From TPA_inf: Saccharomyces (lineage: Eukaryota), in NCBI GenBank assembly GCA_000146045.2, contig BK006948.2, positions 512,001-576,000 on the forward strand: a stretch of DNA of 64,000 nt, in the 5' to 3' direction. The position numbers were made by a program, and so were the translations under genes. Positions 22,075-32,873 of this stretch are shown here, piece by piece (within the stretch, counting starts at the first letter, position 1; each line of letters starts with the position of its first letter). The notes beneath the pieces were generated by a model. The model was not told the origin of the DNA. It made no database searches and saw nothing but the letters and a program-made list of their open reading frames with translations.

Positions 22075-24819
22075 ATGCCTCCTCCAACTGCACAGTTCAT
22101 GGGCCCTACGCAGGCGGGACAAAATGAAAGCCAAAATCAATCATCAGGCGAAGCTGGGGAGCAAAACCAGGAGCATGGGCAAGGCCCTACTCCTATTCTT
22201 AATCAAAGTCAACCGGCTTCTTCTCAACCGCAACATCAACAACAAAGGAATGAGTCGATTTCATATTATACAAATTTCAACCAGCCACGATATTCCACGG
22301 ACGCCTCTATCAACTCATTCTTGAACATATCTGATAACGTACCAGTAACAAGTACAGGAGGACCTAGTTCTGGCGGCGCCTATTCCAATCTTCCACGATT
22401 ATCCACTTCAAGTACACATCAACCGCCAGACCTGTCGCAAATCGGACGCGGCTTTTCCATTGTAAACAACCTCTTCCCACAACAACAGCAGCTTCAAAAT
22501 CAGCATCGGCAACAGCAGCAACAACAACAACAGCAGTCGCACCAGCAGCCTCCCTTCAAGACCCCTTCATTTTCGACGGGATTAACGGGAAGTTCTTCTC
22601 AATATCAATTTTTACCAAGAAATGATAATACTTCGCAGCCACCTTCAAAAAGAAACTCTGTTTATCTTGGACCTAATGATGGGCCTGATTTTGAATTTTT
22701 CAGTATGCAGCAGTCACAGCAACCGCAGTTCCAGCCTAGCAGTAGAAGAGAATCAAACTCTATGAGACCTCCACTGTTAATACCTGCAGCAACTACTAAA
22801 AGCCAGTCCAATGGCACCAATAATAGTGGGAATATGAACACAAATGCAGATTATGAATCATTTTTTAATACTGGTACAAACAACAGTAATTCTAATCAGA
22901 ACCCGTACTTTTTGAGTTCAAGAAATAATTCTTTGAAGTTTAATCCTGAAGATTTCGATTTTCAATTCAAAAGGCGGAATTCTTTTGTTAGAGGTACTTT
23001 GGACCATAGCAGCCAAAATGCGTTTATACCTGAATCAAGATTAAACTCACTATCCGTTAACAACAAAGCTAATGGTGATCCTGTCGCGGATAATGTTACC
23101 AATAACATGAAAGGAAAAAGTAATGAAGTTGACAATGATGATGGCAATGACAGTAGCAATAACAATAACAACAACAACAACAACAACAACAATGAAAACA
23201 ACAATGACAACAATAATGATAATAACGACAATAGTATTAATTCCGCCACCAGTACTAATATCCCAAACCAAGAGGACCATAGCCTTGCTTCTACCGATAC
23301 CACAAGCAATAGTAGGAAAGATCTAAAAGAAATAGAACAAAGACTTCGAAAACATTTGAATGATGAGGATAATTACTCTAGTGCTATATCAAGACCATTG
23401 GATAAAAACGACGTAATTGAAGGCAGTGAGGGATTGAACAAACATATAGACGAGTCTGGTATGCAACCTAATATTATCAAGAAAAGGAAAAAGGATGATT
23501 CTACTGTGTACGTCAAGAATGAGATGCCCCGTACTGATCCCCCGATGAGTAAAGACAATTCTACTTCTGCTGAAGGAGCAGCAATGGCAAACTTTTCTGG
23601 TAAAGAACCTCCTATACCTGACATAAGTTCAGTAAGTGATGATGCTACTAACCTGATAGGTGCAACAAAGGTCGACCAACTAATGTTGATTATTCAAGCA
23701 AGAAAGAAAGGTTTCACGGAGAAAGTAAATACCACTCAAGATGGAGACTTACTGTTTAACCAAACGATGGACATTTTACCACCTAAAAGCGAACTAGTAG
23801 GTGGTGTGGAGAAACCAAAAGGCACACAAAATACACGAGCAGTTAAAAAACATGAATGTCCCTATTGTCATCGGCTTTTTTCGCAAGCGACTCATCTGGA
23901 GGTTCACGTTCGTTCTCATATAGGGTACAAACCATTCGTTTGTGATTATTGTGGCAAACGTTTTACTCAGGGTGGGAACTTAAGAACTCATGAACGACTA
24001 CACACAGGTGAAAAACCGTATTCATGTGATATTTGTGATAAAAAATTTTCTAGGAAAGGGAACTTAGCTGCTCACTTGGTTACTCACCAAAAATTGAAAC
24101 CATTTGTTTGCAAGCTTGAAAACTGCAACAAGACCTTCACTCAACTAGGAAATATGAAGGCCCATCAAAATAGATTTCATAAGGAAACATTAAATGCCTT
24201 AACGGCAAAATTAGCTGAGATGAATCCATCTGAGAATATTCCACTTGAAGAGCGGCAACTTTTGGAGTACTTTGCGTCCATTTATAAAAATTCAAACAGG
24301 GGAATTAAAGGTAGAGGAAAAGGTGTAGGAACCAAAAAATCAACAATTTCCTCACCAGAAAACCATCCTGCGAGCACAATTTTGAATCCAAATACAAATG
24401 CAAATAATGCTATTGCTAATGATTCTGAAAATAACGGCAACCCTGAAGGTAACATTGACAGCAGTAGTAACAGCAATCCGGGCTCACATAGTATGATTTC
24501 GCCGACGCAAAAAGACATGGGTACGTTGCAATCACAATTTATCCAAAATAATTTTAACAATTCTGTGAACAGTTCGAATCCGTCCAACCAACCAATCATA
24601 AACTACAATTACACCACACTTCCTCATTCTAGATTAGGAAGTAGTAGTTCCAGCAATACCAACAATAATAACAGCAACTTTTCGGTAGGTGCAGCTCCGG
24701 GTGTATTAATGGCGCCAACCACCAATAATGACTTCAGTTTCAACTTGGATCAATCTAATGATAATGAAAGATCTCAACAAGAACAAGTGAGATTTAAGAA
24801 CATTAATTACAAAAGCTAG
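22075..24819 (+). CDS. AZF1: Asparagine/glutamine-rich C2H2 zinc-finger transcription factor, 914 aa.
   Basis: Four tandem C2H2 fingers (CPYCHRLFSQATHLEVHVRSH, CDYCGKRFTQGGNLRTHERLH, CDICDKKFSRKGNLAAHLVTH, CKLENCNKTFTQLGNMKAHQNRFH). Long poly-Q and poly-N tracts. The internal Met (MPPPTAQF) gives the expected 914 aa; the ORF track begins 22 codons earlier. Confidence 0.9.
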   Translation: MPPPTAQFMGPTQAGQNESQNQSSGEAGEQNQEHGQGPTPILNQSQPASSQPQHQQQRNESISYYTNFNQPRYSTDASINSFLNISDNVPVTSTGGPSSGGAYSNLPRLSTSSTHQPPDLSQIGRGFSIVNNLFPQQQQLQNQHRQQQQQQQQQSHQQPPFKTPSFSTGLTGSSSQYQFLPRNDNTSQPPSKRNSVYLGPNDGPDFEFFSMQQSQQPQFQPSSRRESNSMRPPLLIPAATTKSQSNGTNNSGNMNTNADYESFFNTGTNNSNSNQNPYFLSSRNNSLKFNPEDFDFQFKRRNSFVRGTLDHSSQNAFIPESRLNSLSVNNKANGDPVADNVTNNMKGKSNEVDNDDGNDSSNNNNNNNNNNNNENNNDNNNDNNDNSINSATSTNIPNQEDHSLASTDTTSNSRKDLKEIEQRLRKHLNDEDNYSSAISRPLDKNDVIEGSEGLNKHIDESGMQPNIIKKRKKDDSTVYVKNEMPRTDPPMSKDNSTSAEGAAMANFSGKEPPIPDISSVSDDATNLIGATKVDQLMLIIQARKKGFTEKVNTTQDGDLLFNQTMDILPPKSELVGGVEKPKGTQNTRAVKKHECPYCHRLFSQATHLEVHVRSHIGYKPFVCDYCGKRFTQGGNLRTHERLHTGEKPYSCDICDKKFSRKGNLAAHLVTHQKLKPFVCKLENCNKTFTQLGNMKAHQNRFHKETLNALTAKLAEMNPSENIPLEERQLLEYFASIYKNSNRGIKGRGKGVGTKKSTISSPENHPASTILNPNTNANNAIANDSENNGNPEGNIDSSSNSNPGSHSMISPTQKDMGTLQSQFIQNNFNNSVNSSNPSNQPIINYNYTTLPHSRLGSSSSSNTNNNNSNFSVGAAPGVLMAPTTNNDFSFNLDQSNDNERSQQEQVRFKNINYKS
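22499..22551 (+). repeat. CAR (CAA/CAG) codon repeat encoding a poly-Q stretch within AZF1.
   Basis: Nucleotide run cagcatcggcaacagcagcaacaacaacaacagcag..., translated HRQQQQQQQQQSHQQ. Confidence 0.8.
23158..23232 (+). repeat. AAY (AAC/AAT) codon repeat encoding a poly-Asn tract within AZF1.
   Basis: The run (aac)8 flanked by aat/gac codons translates to NNNNNNNNNNNNENNNDNNNDNNDN. Confidence 0.8.
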
Positions 24820-25049
24820 CAGGCCTTAGAGGCACTACCTTTTTTTTTTTTTCGAGTTTCTACACCGTAGTATCTGATTTCATAGTGGTATTCGTCAAAC
24901 TTAACCCACAAGTGTCACTTTTCCTTTCTTTTTTTCTTTTTCTTGAAGAACTGCATGGTTTTCTAGCTCTTTTTCACTTTTTTGAGGTTTTATTTATCTT
25001 GTATTCTTTTTTTCTATTATTTTAAAGGTTCAATTTCTATCGACGGTTT

Positions 25050-25056
<7 letters not shown>

Positions 25057-25080
<24 letters not shown>
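25057..25080. repeat. (TA)12 dinucleotide microsatellite.
   Basis: A perfect tatatatatatatatatatatata run in the AZF1-YOR114W intergenic region. A long oligo-T tract follows about 200 bp downstream (25243..25275). Confidence 0.9.
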
Positions 25081-25088
<8 letters not shown>

Positions 25089-25569
25089 ATGAATGTGTAA
25101 TATTCCAAGTATACGTACCTTGGGTTTATATTTTTTAACTTGTATATTCTTTTACGATAAAATTTCTTCCAATTAACATCCCAGGCCTTGCTTCAATTTA
25201 TCAATTGGTATATTAACTTTCAACACATTTTGTTTTTGTTTTTATTTTTGTTTTTTTTATTTTTTTTTTTTTTTCGCGTTTCGTGCTTTAATGAAACATG
25301 TGAAGTGTTTCGCAATGACTAAGTAGCCTCCACAGATGATCAGCAGGTATTGTACTTTATCACACCAGTTATACTACCTTCTGTGTTATTGATCTATTGC
25401 AGTTTTATAGAGTGATCTGTCCAAAGATTCTTTTCAAGAATCACCATTTTTCTAATTAAATTATCTTGGATATCTCCCGGACGTACCCCTTGAGGCCTAT
25501 CAAACCCTTTTGGCTGATCTGATCATAAAGGACCTAACAACATTACCACAGAAACCATAAAACATTCGA

Positions 25570-26454
25570 ATGAAGGCTACTTTACTGTTGAAGGCCCAGC
25601 TCTCACCTGTTAGCTATACGACGAAGAAATCTTTCCAAAGGCAACTCAATCGCACTCCATACACTGCTTTTCAATACTTCTTCCAACTTGAAGTCCAAAA
25701 GTTACATAACGTCTCGAAGTATGAGGATATTATAAATCACGTAAGAGGGAATAGCAATTTTAAAAGATTTGCAAGGAATGAATGGGATAGCATGTCATTG
25801 ACTAAGAAAAGACTTTACTATGCATCCTTTTGCCAGTCAATGGATATTGACATTTTGAATGTCAGTAAAATTGAACTTGCCAAAAGATTAGAAATTCCCA
25901 TACCAGCAATGAGTGAATATTTGTTATTTAGAAATAAGTTCAAGGTAAAATTTGACTCTCATTGCAGCTCCTTGGAGCGTAAAGATCGTAAAAGTGTTCC
26001 ACGACCCTCTATTACTAGGAAGGTTGCAACTACAGAAATATGTTCAAAAAGCCGTAGCAACACACCCGTCGGTAAAATCAACCCCCGGAAACGATTAGTG
26101 GCATTGAAAAGGATTTCCCGTTCAGAGAACACTGCAAAAAATCATTCCCATGAGGCTCAAAATTACCTTTATGATTATATGAAAAGGTTTCAACAAATGT
26201 GCAAAGAATGCCGGTATGCTTGGAACGAAGAGGTTGACTATGACCAGAAACTAGAAATTAGAAAAAAATTACAGGTATGGAGGGCAAAATTTGAGGAAAT
26301 GATGGATAACGAGATACAAATATTACAAAAAAACATGGATATCATGTCAAAGTTTGGTCTCAGAAGTGAGTCCTATCTTACAGCAGCGAATCACGATACA
26401 AATACACAACCAAATAATATTCTTCCCATGACGTACCTACTAAAAAAGAAATGA
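25570..26454 (+). CDS. Uncharacterised protein, 294 aa (YOR114W).
   Basis: Intact 294-codon ORF with yeast-like codon usage, placed between AZF1 and TRS33 as expected for YOR114W. No domain is recognisable by eye. Confidence 0.65.
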   Translation: MKATLLLKAQLSPVSYTTKKSFQRQLNRTPYTAFQYFFQLEVQKLHNVSKYEDIINHVRGNSNFKRFARNEWDSMSLTKKRLYYASFCQSMDIDILNVSKIELAKRLEIPIPAMSEYLLFRNKFKVKFDSHCSSLERKDRKSVPRPSITRKVATTEICSKSRSNTPVGKINPRKRLVALKRISRSENTAKNHSHEAQNYLYDYMKRFQQMCKECRYAWNEEVDYDQKLEIRKKLQVWRAKFEEMMDNEIQILQKNMDIMSKFGLRSESYLTAANHDTNTQPNNILPMTYLLKKK

Positions 26455-26658
26455 CAATAGACTTTTAGGGCTTTAAGAAGAGTCCACGAAAGCACTTCAC
26501 TATCATAAAGACTATATGTACCTTGATCAAAGAAATTATTGTCAAGATTTTATAGTAAGGGTATTATTTTGAAAACGGAGTCACCTGTTCTTTTATATAC
26601 ACACTTATATCTATCTATATGTCGATGTACATTCTTAGAACAAAAATCTGTCGGACCT

Positions 26659-27465
26659 TTACTGCGGCATTGTGACTTGAACATGGAAGCTAACTCCCTT
26701 GGGAAAAGCTGTTTTAGGCCTATCTGTTGGCCTGTCGATAAAAGACGCCAAGCAAATGACCTCTTCAGATGAATAACCTAAGGAAGACAACACGCCTCTA
26801 ATAATTCCCACAGGTATCTCCAAAAACGGTTCTATCATTTTTAACTCCTCGTTTTTTGCATCTTCCTCCAAAGAAAATGATTGAATAGGTCGATAGTCAT
26901 AATCAAGAAGGTAAAAGGTTCCTCTGTGGTTTGTTTTTAAATTATCGATCTGTTTACCAAATATTTGTTTCCAGACATCCCTACAAATGAACTTCATTAT
27001 TAATAGAAGGTCCATTTCCTTGAATTTTAAATTTGGGTTGTTAGAAAATATCAATAACTCTGACAGCTTCAATCCGATTTGAAACCCAATATTCCTCAGT
27101 CTTGCTAAAACCTTTTCTTTTTCCTCTTCATCCGCCTTATACAGCTCATGTATCAAGTTATGAGAACGTATGATATCTACTGTATGATGTTCCTCTATCT
27201 TCAGTCTCTTTATCATATTGTTGATGTTACCATTTTCGGAAGTTACATTGCTATCAGAACTGATAACATCGCCTGATATTTGCCTCTCAATGCCCATAGC
27301 TAGAGGAACCATCTCGTTCAACAGCATCTGATACACAGATTGACTTACTTTTGGTAATGAATTCTCAAAAATTTGATATTGCTGTTGTGCTCTTTGTTGT
27401 TCCGTTAGTGGACCTTGTGGAGAAGATTGGGGATGTCCTACATTATTACTATGTGTAGAGGACAT
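26659..27465 (-). CDS. TRS33: TRAPP complex subunit (Bet3-fold family), 268 aa.
   Basis: Length and synteny match YOR115C; I recognise the sequence as TRS33 by recall, not by any search. The N-terminus is Q/S-rich. Confidence 0.75.
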
Positions 27466-27762
27466 AATTGTTTATCTTCCAACTTTATAACCGGTGTATG
27501 TTTTCTTTTATGGCATGAGGTCTTCACTCTCAGCTTGTGAGTGCATACCAGATTCCAAAATATTTAGCATTTTTGGTCTCAAAACGTTGACGCGAGTTTT
27601 TGAAAACGATACGCTGGTTCTACTAATGTGAAGAAAGCAAATTTCTTATAAGTAAATTTTGTTTCATGGTTTTTATCATGTAGTTTTATATGTATAAATA
27701 CGTTAAATGACTGTGGTAGAAAAATAATACAAATGCTATAAAAAAGTTTAAAAACGACTACT

Positions 27763-30700
27763 TTAGTTCGCTTTTAAAGCTGCCTCATTTGAGAGACTTT
27801 CAAATAGACATCGCTTAGGAACCAGATCCTTTTCAGATATATTAGTACCTTTAACAACTTTAAAGGAACCGGTACCGATCGACATCGTTTGACCCAAAAT
27901 AATACATTCAGAAACACCTTCAACAGCGTCCTTTTTCATATAAAAGGCCGCATCGAATAAATGGTCAGTTGTCTTTTCGAAGGAGGCTAGCTGCAAAACA
28001 GAGTCCCTCATTTTACTCAAACCAAATCTTGTAATACCCAACACTTCACCCTTATATGTCATCACATCACCTAATAGTTGGATATGACGTGGATCGACAC
28101 TCATACCGTGATTACTCATGGTATAGTTAATTTCTCTAATAATGCTATATCTTGCAGCTTCGATACCCAAAACGGAAAAGACTTCTAAAACATGGTTAGT
28201 TGTAGTTCTAGAACCAATGACACCATCTGTACACATCACATCTCGCAGGCCGTAACCTTCAACCAATAATTCCCTCTTGCCGTCATCGCGAATATTAATA
28301 ACCGCACGAGAAATATCAGGTAAACCTTTAACAACAACATCAGGAAGCGCACGACGTAACTGTTGCATTCGGTAAAAAACATCATTCTCACTTGGTTCTT
28401 TCGCAGATGTAGATATCGATTTTGCTTTGTACCCTTCTGGGAATACGTTGATTGCAATTCGATCTTTACCAATAATATTGACATCAGAGGCTTGTATTTT
28501 CAATTTAGAAGCCCTGGTTATAGCAACCGCGATATCTTCTATGGTCAACTCCAATTGTAGTTTATCAATCGTACCTAAATCAATACGCACTTGAATGAAA
28601 GACAAGTTGTCTTTGTAAACATCTTGGACATAGAAAGCTACGTCAGATAGCAGTGTCTTTTCCACTCTACCTTTAACAACCCTAGCAGCCCTTTCATCGT
28701 TATCATTTACTAATACAGCATTTATAATAGGTGTAGAAATGACCTTGGAAGCATTGATAATTTCTTTGATACGAGGAACACCTAATGTAACATTCATGGA
28801 AGCCACACCTGCAAAATGAAAGGTCTTCAATGTCATTTGTGTACCTGGTTCACCAATGGATTGAGCACCAATAGCACCAATAGCAGTACCTGGCTCCAGT
28901 CTTGCCTTACGATATTTGAAAAGAGCAATTTCTAAAAACTTTCTCACCGATTTTTCACTGATTCTATAAAGTTGGCTTACAGATGTTTTAACATTATCAG
29001 GAACGGTTTCATCTGGATCAATACCTTGTAATTCTTTTGCAGGAGGTTCTAATAGGCCTAACATTCCCCTGGACTTTCTTAAATTAGCCAAAGCAGTTGC
29101 TTTGCCATTAATATATTCTCTTAAGGAATGGTAAAAATCTCTCTCGGCATCATACTGATCCACATATTCCGCTTTATTCAAGTCTTCCCTTTTCACTAAA
29201 CATCCACTATTATCATATCTGACCAACCTTTCCTCCAATGGTCCTAATATTTCGTTTGCAGTTTCCATAATTGCATAGGGTAGTAAGCCCTTATCTTGGT
29301 TATTAAAAGTAATATTGTATGCATGGTCCCAACTTCTATTGAAATTGACCGGTTGTGCATTACCTTCCATTTCCAGAGGATCCAACCCGTCACCACCATA
29401 TGTGAATTGGACGATACCGTTGGCTGAAGTTCTGACCGTATTGTCATACTGACAAGAAAGATCTTCTAAAGACTTCATTAATCTACGAGACATGTAACCA
29501 GTCTCTGCGGTTTTAACAGCTGTGTCAACTAAACCTTCACGACCCGAAATAGCATGGAACAGAAATTCTGGGGGAGATAAGCCTGAAAAGAAAGAATTTC
29601 TTACAAAACCTTTGGATTGGGGTGTTTTCGAATTCTTGGGGAAATGCGGTAACGAACGATCTTGAAAACCATCCGGAACACGATTACCAGAAATAATTTG
29701 TTGACCAACGACAGCCACCATCTGTGAAACATTTAATGTGGAACCTTTAGAACCACAAGTAGCCATAATTAATGGTGCATTCCAATTATCTAATTCATTA
29801 ATACAAACATCACCAACTTCTTCTCTGACTTTAGATAGAAGCCCACCAATCTTAGCTTCCAATGTTTGTTCTTCATTGCAACCAGGTTGTGTTTCTAATT
29901 CACCTTTATTGAATAATGTGATCAATTCGTCACACTTATGGTATGCAATTTCGACTAGTTCTTCCTTCTTTTGCTTCAAATCATCAGCAGGTGTGACATC
30001 ATTAATACCAATAGAAAACCCTCTATTACCTAAGAACCTAGCACATAGTTTTGCCATTCTATTCATAGCATTAGCGGCTTCTTGTGGGCCGTAATCTCTT
30101 AATATCGTATAAAACACAGAATGCTTCTTACCATCACCTAGAACAGACTTGTCCATCACCCCACTTAAAATTTGAGAGCCTCTAATAATTACAAACCCGT
30201 CGTTTTGTGACATTTCATTTGGTAGGGATTTTGATTTTGGAGGGACAAAGACTTTGTTCTTCGCGTCTAAGTTTATCACAACTGGGGAATTGTGATTTGG
30301 TTTTATCAAAAGTGAAAAAACTTGTTTACCGGTCCATAAGTAATACGGTTTCATGATAGCAGGAGGTGGTATGTCAAAGTGCTCGATACCGTCAGACATC
30401 ATAGACAATAGTTGAGTTAATGTAGCACGATCATAGAAAGAATCCTTATGTGATATTAAATATGAACCAGTTATGAAATCTTGAGTAGCCGCAATAATAG
30501 GTTCACCTGACTTAGGTGTTAATAAGTTATTTTTCACACCCATTAAATTGATAGCTTCTGCACGAGCCTCTTCGGTTTGTGGAACATGCAAATTCATTTC
30601 GTCACCGTCGAAGTCAGCGTTATAAGGTGTGCAAACACATTCATTTAATCTAAAGGTTCTCCAAGGACGAATCTTAGCATAATGCGATAAAATTGATAAT

Positions 30701-32145
30701 CTATGCAAAGATGGTTGACGGTTGAATAGGACCACATCACCGTCTTCTAAATGTCTTTCGACGACATCACCAATTTGTAAATTTTTGGCTAACTTCATAC
30801 GATCACCATATCTTAGGTTTCTTCTTGCATCTTCGTTTCTTTTCAGTAAATAGTTCGCCCCAGGATGGACATTGGGTCCATTTACAATTAATTCTTGTAA
30901 TTTATGTCTATTATACCTTGTTACCTTTTCGGGATACGTCAAGACTTTTGCAACACGATCTGGGACAGCAACCTCGTCAATGGACAAGTTTGGGTCCGGA
31001 GAAATAACAGTTCTACCAGAAAAATCGACACGCTTACCAGACAAATTACCCCTGAATCGACCTTGTTTACCCTTTAGTCTTTGGCAGAACCCTCTAATTG
31101 GTTTCACTTTTCCGCCGCCATTGGATGAACCTGGTAGCATCGCAGGATTGACTGAGTCTGAGTTGATGTACATTGCAACAGTCAGTTGTAAGTAATCCCA
31201 ATGTTCCATCATATTGTTAATGGAAATACCCTTGTCAAGACCGGCTTTGATTAAAGACGAAGTCCAAACTATTTCCGTAAGCTTTACTGTCAAGTCATCT
31301 TCGTTAGATGCTGGAGAGTCTTGCATCATAACGGAAGGCCTTATACAAACCGGAGGTGCGGGTAAATATCTCCATATGTAAGTCTCTGGTCTACCAGAGG
31401 GAACTGTTGCATCTATACCAAGCAGCTCACAATCTGCAGACTTAATTTGCTTGAAAAGATTTAAAGTTTTCAGTGGATTTAAATCATCCATACAACGTTT
31501 CACATAACGCTCTAGTTCTGGATTATGAGCAAGAACTTCCTTCCATTCTCCCACCCAAATATCCTTTTCAGGAGCGGACTTTTTACCTACCCAACGAAAT
31601 GTATCATGGATAATCTTCAACGCGGCTGAACCAGCACCAGCAGCGGCTTTTTTCACGACACCATTAAGAGCACCACAATGCAGACACCTTCTTTGCTTTT
31701 TACATTGGTCCAAAATCTTCTTCAATATACCCATACGTCTTAAATTATCTACGCCTGGACGACGAAGTTCATGCAAAAATTGTCTTTTATCTGTTTCTGA
31801 TAACAATATGGCAGAACAGTTTTTACAGATACCTTGCAGTATTTGAATGGTGGCTTTGAAGTACCCAATGTGGAAAACAGGCAAAGCTAATTTTAAGTGA
31901 CCAAAATGGCCATGACACGATGCCAAGTTGCCGTGACAGGTTGCACATTCAAGACTGGAGGAAGAGACACCCATCTTGGGGTCTAAAGCACCGTTCGCCT
32001 TAGGAGCACGATCTTTTTCTAAATCGAAGAGATCTCTTGTAGACACTTCCACTTCAGACTGGGCGACAATATCGGCAGCGCTTAAAGCGCTAAATTCCAG
32101 CCCTTTAATCCTTTTCGGGGTTTCACTTACAACGACTTCCTTCAT
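27763..32145 (-). CDS. RPO31: RNA polymerase III largest subunit (C160), 1460 aa.
   Basis: Unmistakable Rpb1/beta-prime homology: N-terminal zinc-binding region (CATCHGNLASCHGHFGH), catalytic NADFDGDEMN Mg-binding motif, and a bridge helix/trigger loop. There is no CTD heptad repeats, so it is not Pol II; at 1460 aa it is Pol III C160. Confidence 0.95.
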   Translation of the reverse strand: MKEVVVSETPKRIKGLEFSALSAADIVAQSEVEVSTRDLFDLEKDRAPKANGALDPKMGVSSSSLECATCHGNLASCHGHFGHLKLALPVFHIGYFKATIQILQGICKNCSAILLSETDKRQFLHELRRPGVDNLRRMGILKKILDQCKKQRRCLHCGALNGVVKKAAAGAGSAALKIIHDTFRWVGKKSAPEKDIWVGEWKEVLAHNPELERYVKRCMDDLNPLKTLNLFKQIKSADCELLGIDATVPSGRPETYIWRYLPAPPVCIRPSVMMQDSPASNEDDLTVKLTEIVWTSSLIKAGLDKGISINNMMEHWDYLQLTVAMYINSDSVNPAMLPGSSNGGGKVKPIRGFCQRLKGKQGRFRGNLSGKRVDFSGRTVISPDPNLSIDEVAVPDRVAKVLTYPEKVTRYNRHKLQELIVNGPNVHPGANYLLKRNEDARRNLRYGDRMKLAKNLQIGDVVERHLEDGDVVLFNRQPSLHRLSILSHYAKIRPWRTFRLNECVCTPYNADFDGDEMNLHVPQTEEARAEAINLMGVKNNLLTPKSGEPIIAATQDFITGSYLISHKDSFYDRATLTQLLSMMSDGIEHFDIPPPAIMKPYYLWTGKQVFSLLIKPNHNSPVVINLDAKNKVFVPPKSKSLPNEMSQNDGFVIIRGSQILSGVMDKSVLGDGKKHSVFYTILRDYGPQEAANAMNRMAKLCARFLGNRGFSIGINDVTPADDLKQKKEELVEIAYHKCDELITLFNKGELETQPGCNEEQTLEAKIGGLLSKVREEVGDVCINELDNWNAPLIMATCGSKGSTLNVSQMVAVVGQQIISGNRVPDGFQDRSLPHFPKNSKTPQSKGFVRNSFFSGLSPPEFLFHAISGREGLVDTAVKTAETGYMSRRLMKSLEDLSCQYDNTVRTSANGIVQFTYGGDGLDPLEMEGNAQPVNFNRSWDHAYNITFNNQDKGLLPYAIMETANEILGPLEERLVRYDNSGCLVKREDLNKAEYVDQYDAERDFYHSLREYINGKATALANLRKSRGMLGLLEPPAKELQGIDPDETVPDNVKTSVSQLYRISEKSVRKFLEIALFKYRKARLEPGTAIGAIGAQSIGEPGTQMTLKTFHFAGVASMNVTLGVPRIKEIINASKVISTPIINAVLVNDNDERAARVVKGRVEKTLLSDVAFYVQDVYKDNLSFIQVRIDLGTIDKLQLELTIEDIAVAITRASKLKIQASDVNIIGKDRIAINVFPEGYKAKSISTSAKEPSENDVFYRMQQLRRALPDVVVKGLPDISRAVINIRDDGKRELLVEGYGLRDVMCTDGVIGSRTTTNHVLEVFSVLGIEAARYSIIREINYTMSNHGMSVDPRHIQLLGDVMTYKGEVLGITRFGLSKMRDSVLQLASFEKTTDHLFDAAFYMKKDAVEGVSECIILGQTMSIGTGSFKVVKGTNISEKDLVPKRCLFESLSNEAALKAN

Positions 32146-32864
32146 CGAATTCTTCGAAATTGCGGGACTCGCTTACAGTTTTGGAGAAAGCAGATAGTAT
32201 TGAACACAATAAAGGAACAACTATGTAACCAACCAGTGATGAGTTTAAAAATTTAGTGCAGATGGAAAAGAAAAAAATGATCTAGTATACTGTCTGCAAT
32301 CAACAAAAACTCTAGCCACAACAAACTAAGCAATCTTCCCCAAATCAACGATATTGTACGATTAATATATGCAAAGAATAGTAAGGTAAGCTATAGTAAA
32401 AGGGCAAGTTTAACCTCTTCTGTTATTTGATCTGGTGATGAGTTCTGCCAGAAGAGCCTGTGCAATAATTTTGCAAAAAAAATGGCAAATTTCGTGAAAC
32501 ACGATATTCACGTATATAGTGATGATAATAAGCATGCTATATATCAGTAGTATGTATTTTGCAGCTTCTACTTTCTGCAATGTGATGCCGTTGGCATTGA
32601 GATTCCAACGAATATACACAGATGCCTGATTTGTTTGCGATTAGTTACTGTAATAGAGAAAAAAAAATTTAAAAAAGACGAAAGCCCAAAAGAGACGAGT
32701 GCAATTAGTGGCTGATACTTTATACTATGTTTAATATATATACCTGGTTTACCTAGTGAGTATGTTCGTAAAAAAATAACGTCAGTAATGGTTGTTGGTC
32801 GGCAGCCTTGGCGAATTCCTTTTATTAGCAATGGTTTAATCATGTAGTTACCCGGCCAATATGT

Positions 32865-32873
32865 GGTGGCAAA
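32865..32873 (+). promoter_or_regulatory. PACE element (Rpn4 binding site) GGTGGCAAA upstream of RPT5.
   Basis: An exact 9-mer GGTGGCAAA about 155 bp upstream of the RPT5 ATG. PACE is the canonical proteasome-gene upstream element. Confidence 0.7.

Noticed and set aside
22962-23326. Three low-complexity ORFs (poly-L, poly-V/I, poly-T) inside AZF1.
   Set aside because: Direct by-products of the AAC/CAA codon repeats read in other frames or on the other strand.
16941-32145. Apparent 'Pol III cluster' (TFC7, RPO31, tRNA-Asp) in one window.
   Set aside because: The genes are separated by many unrelated genes and are not co-oriented. Yeast does not organise such genes in operons, so I treat it as coincidence.
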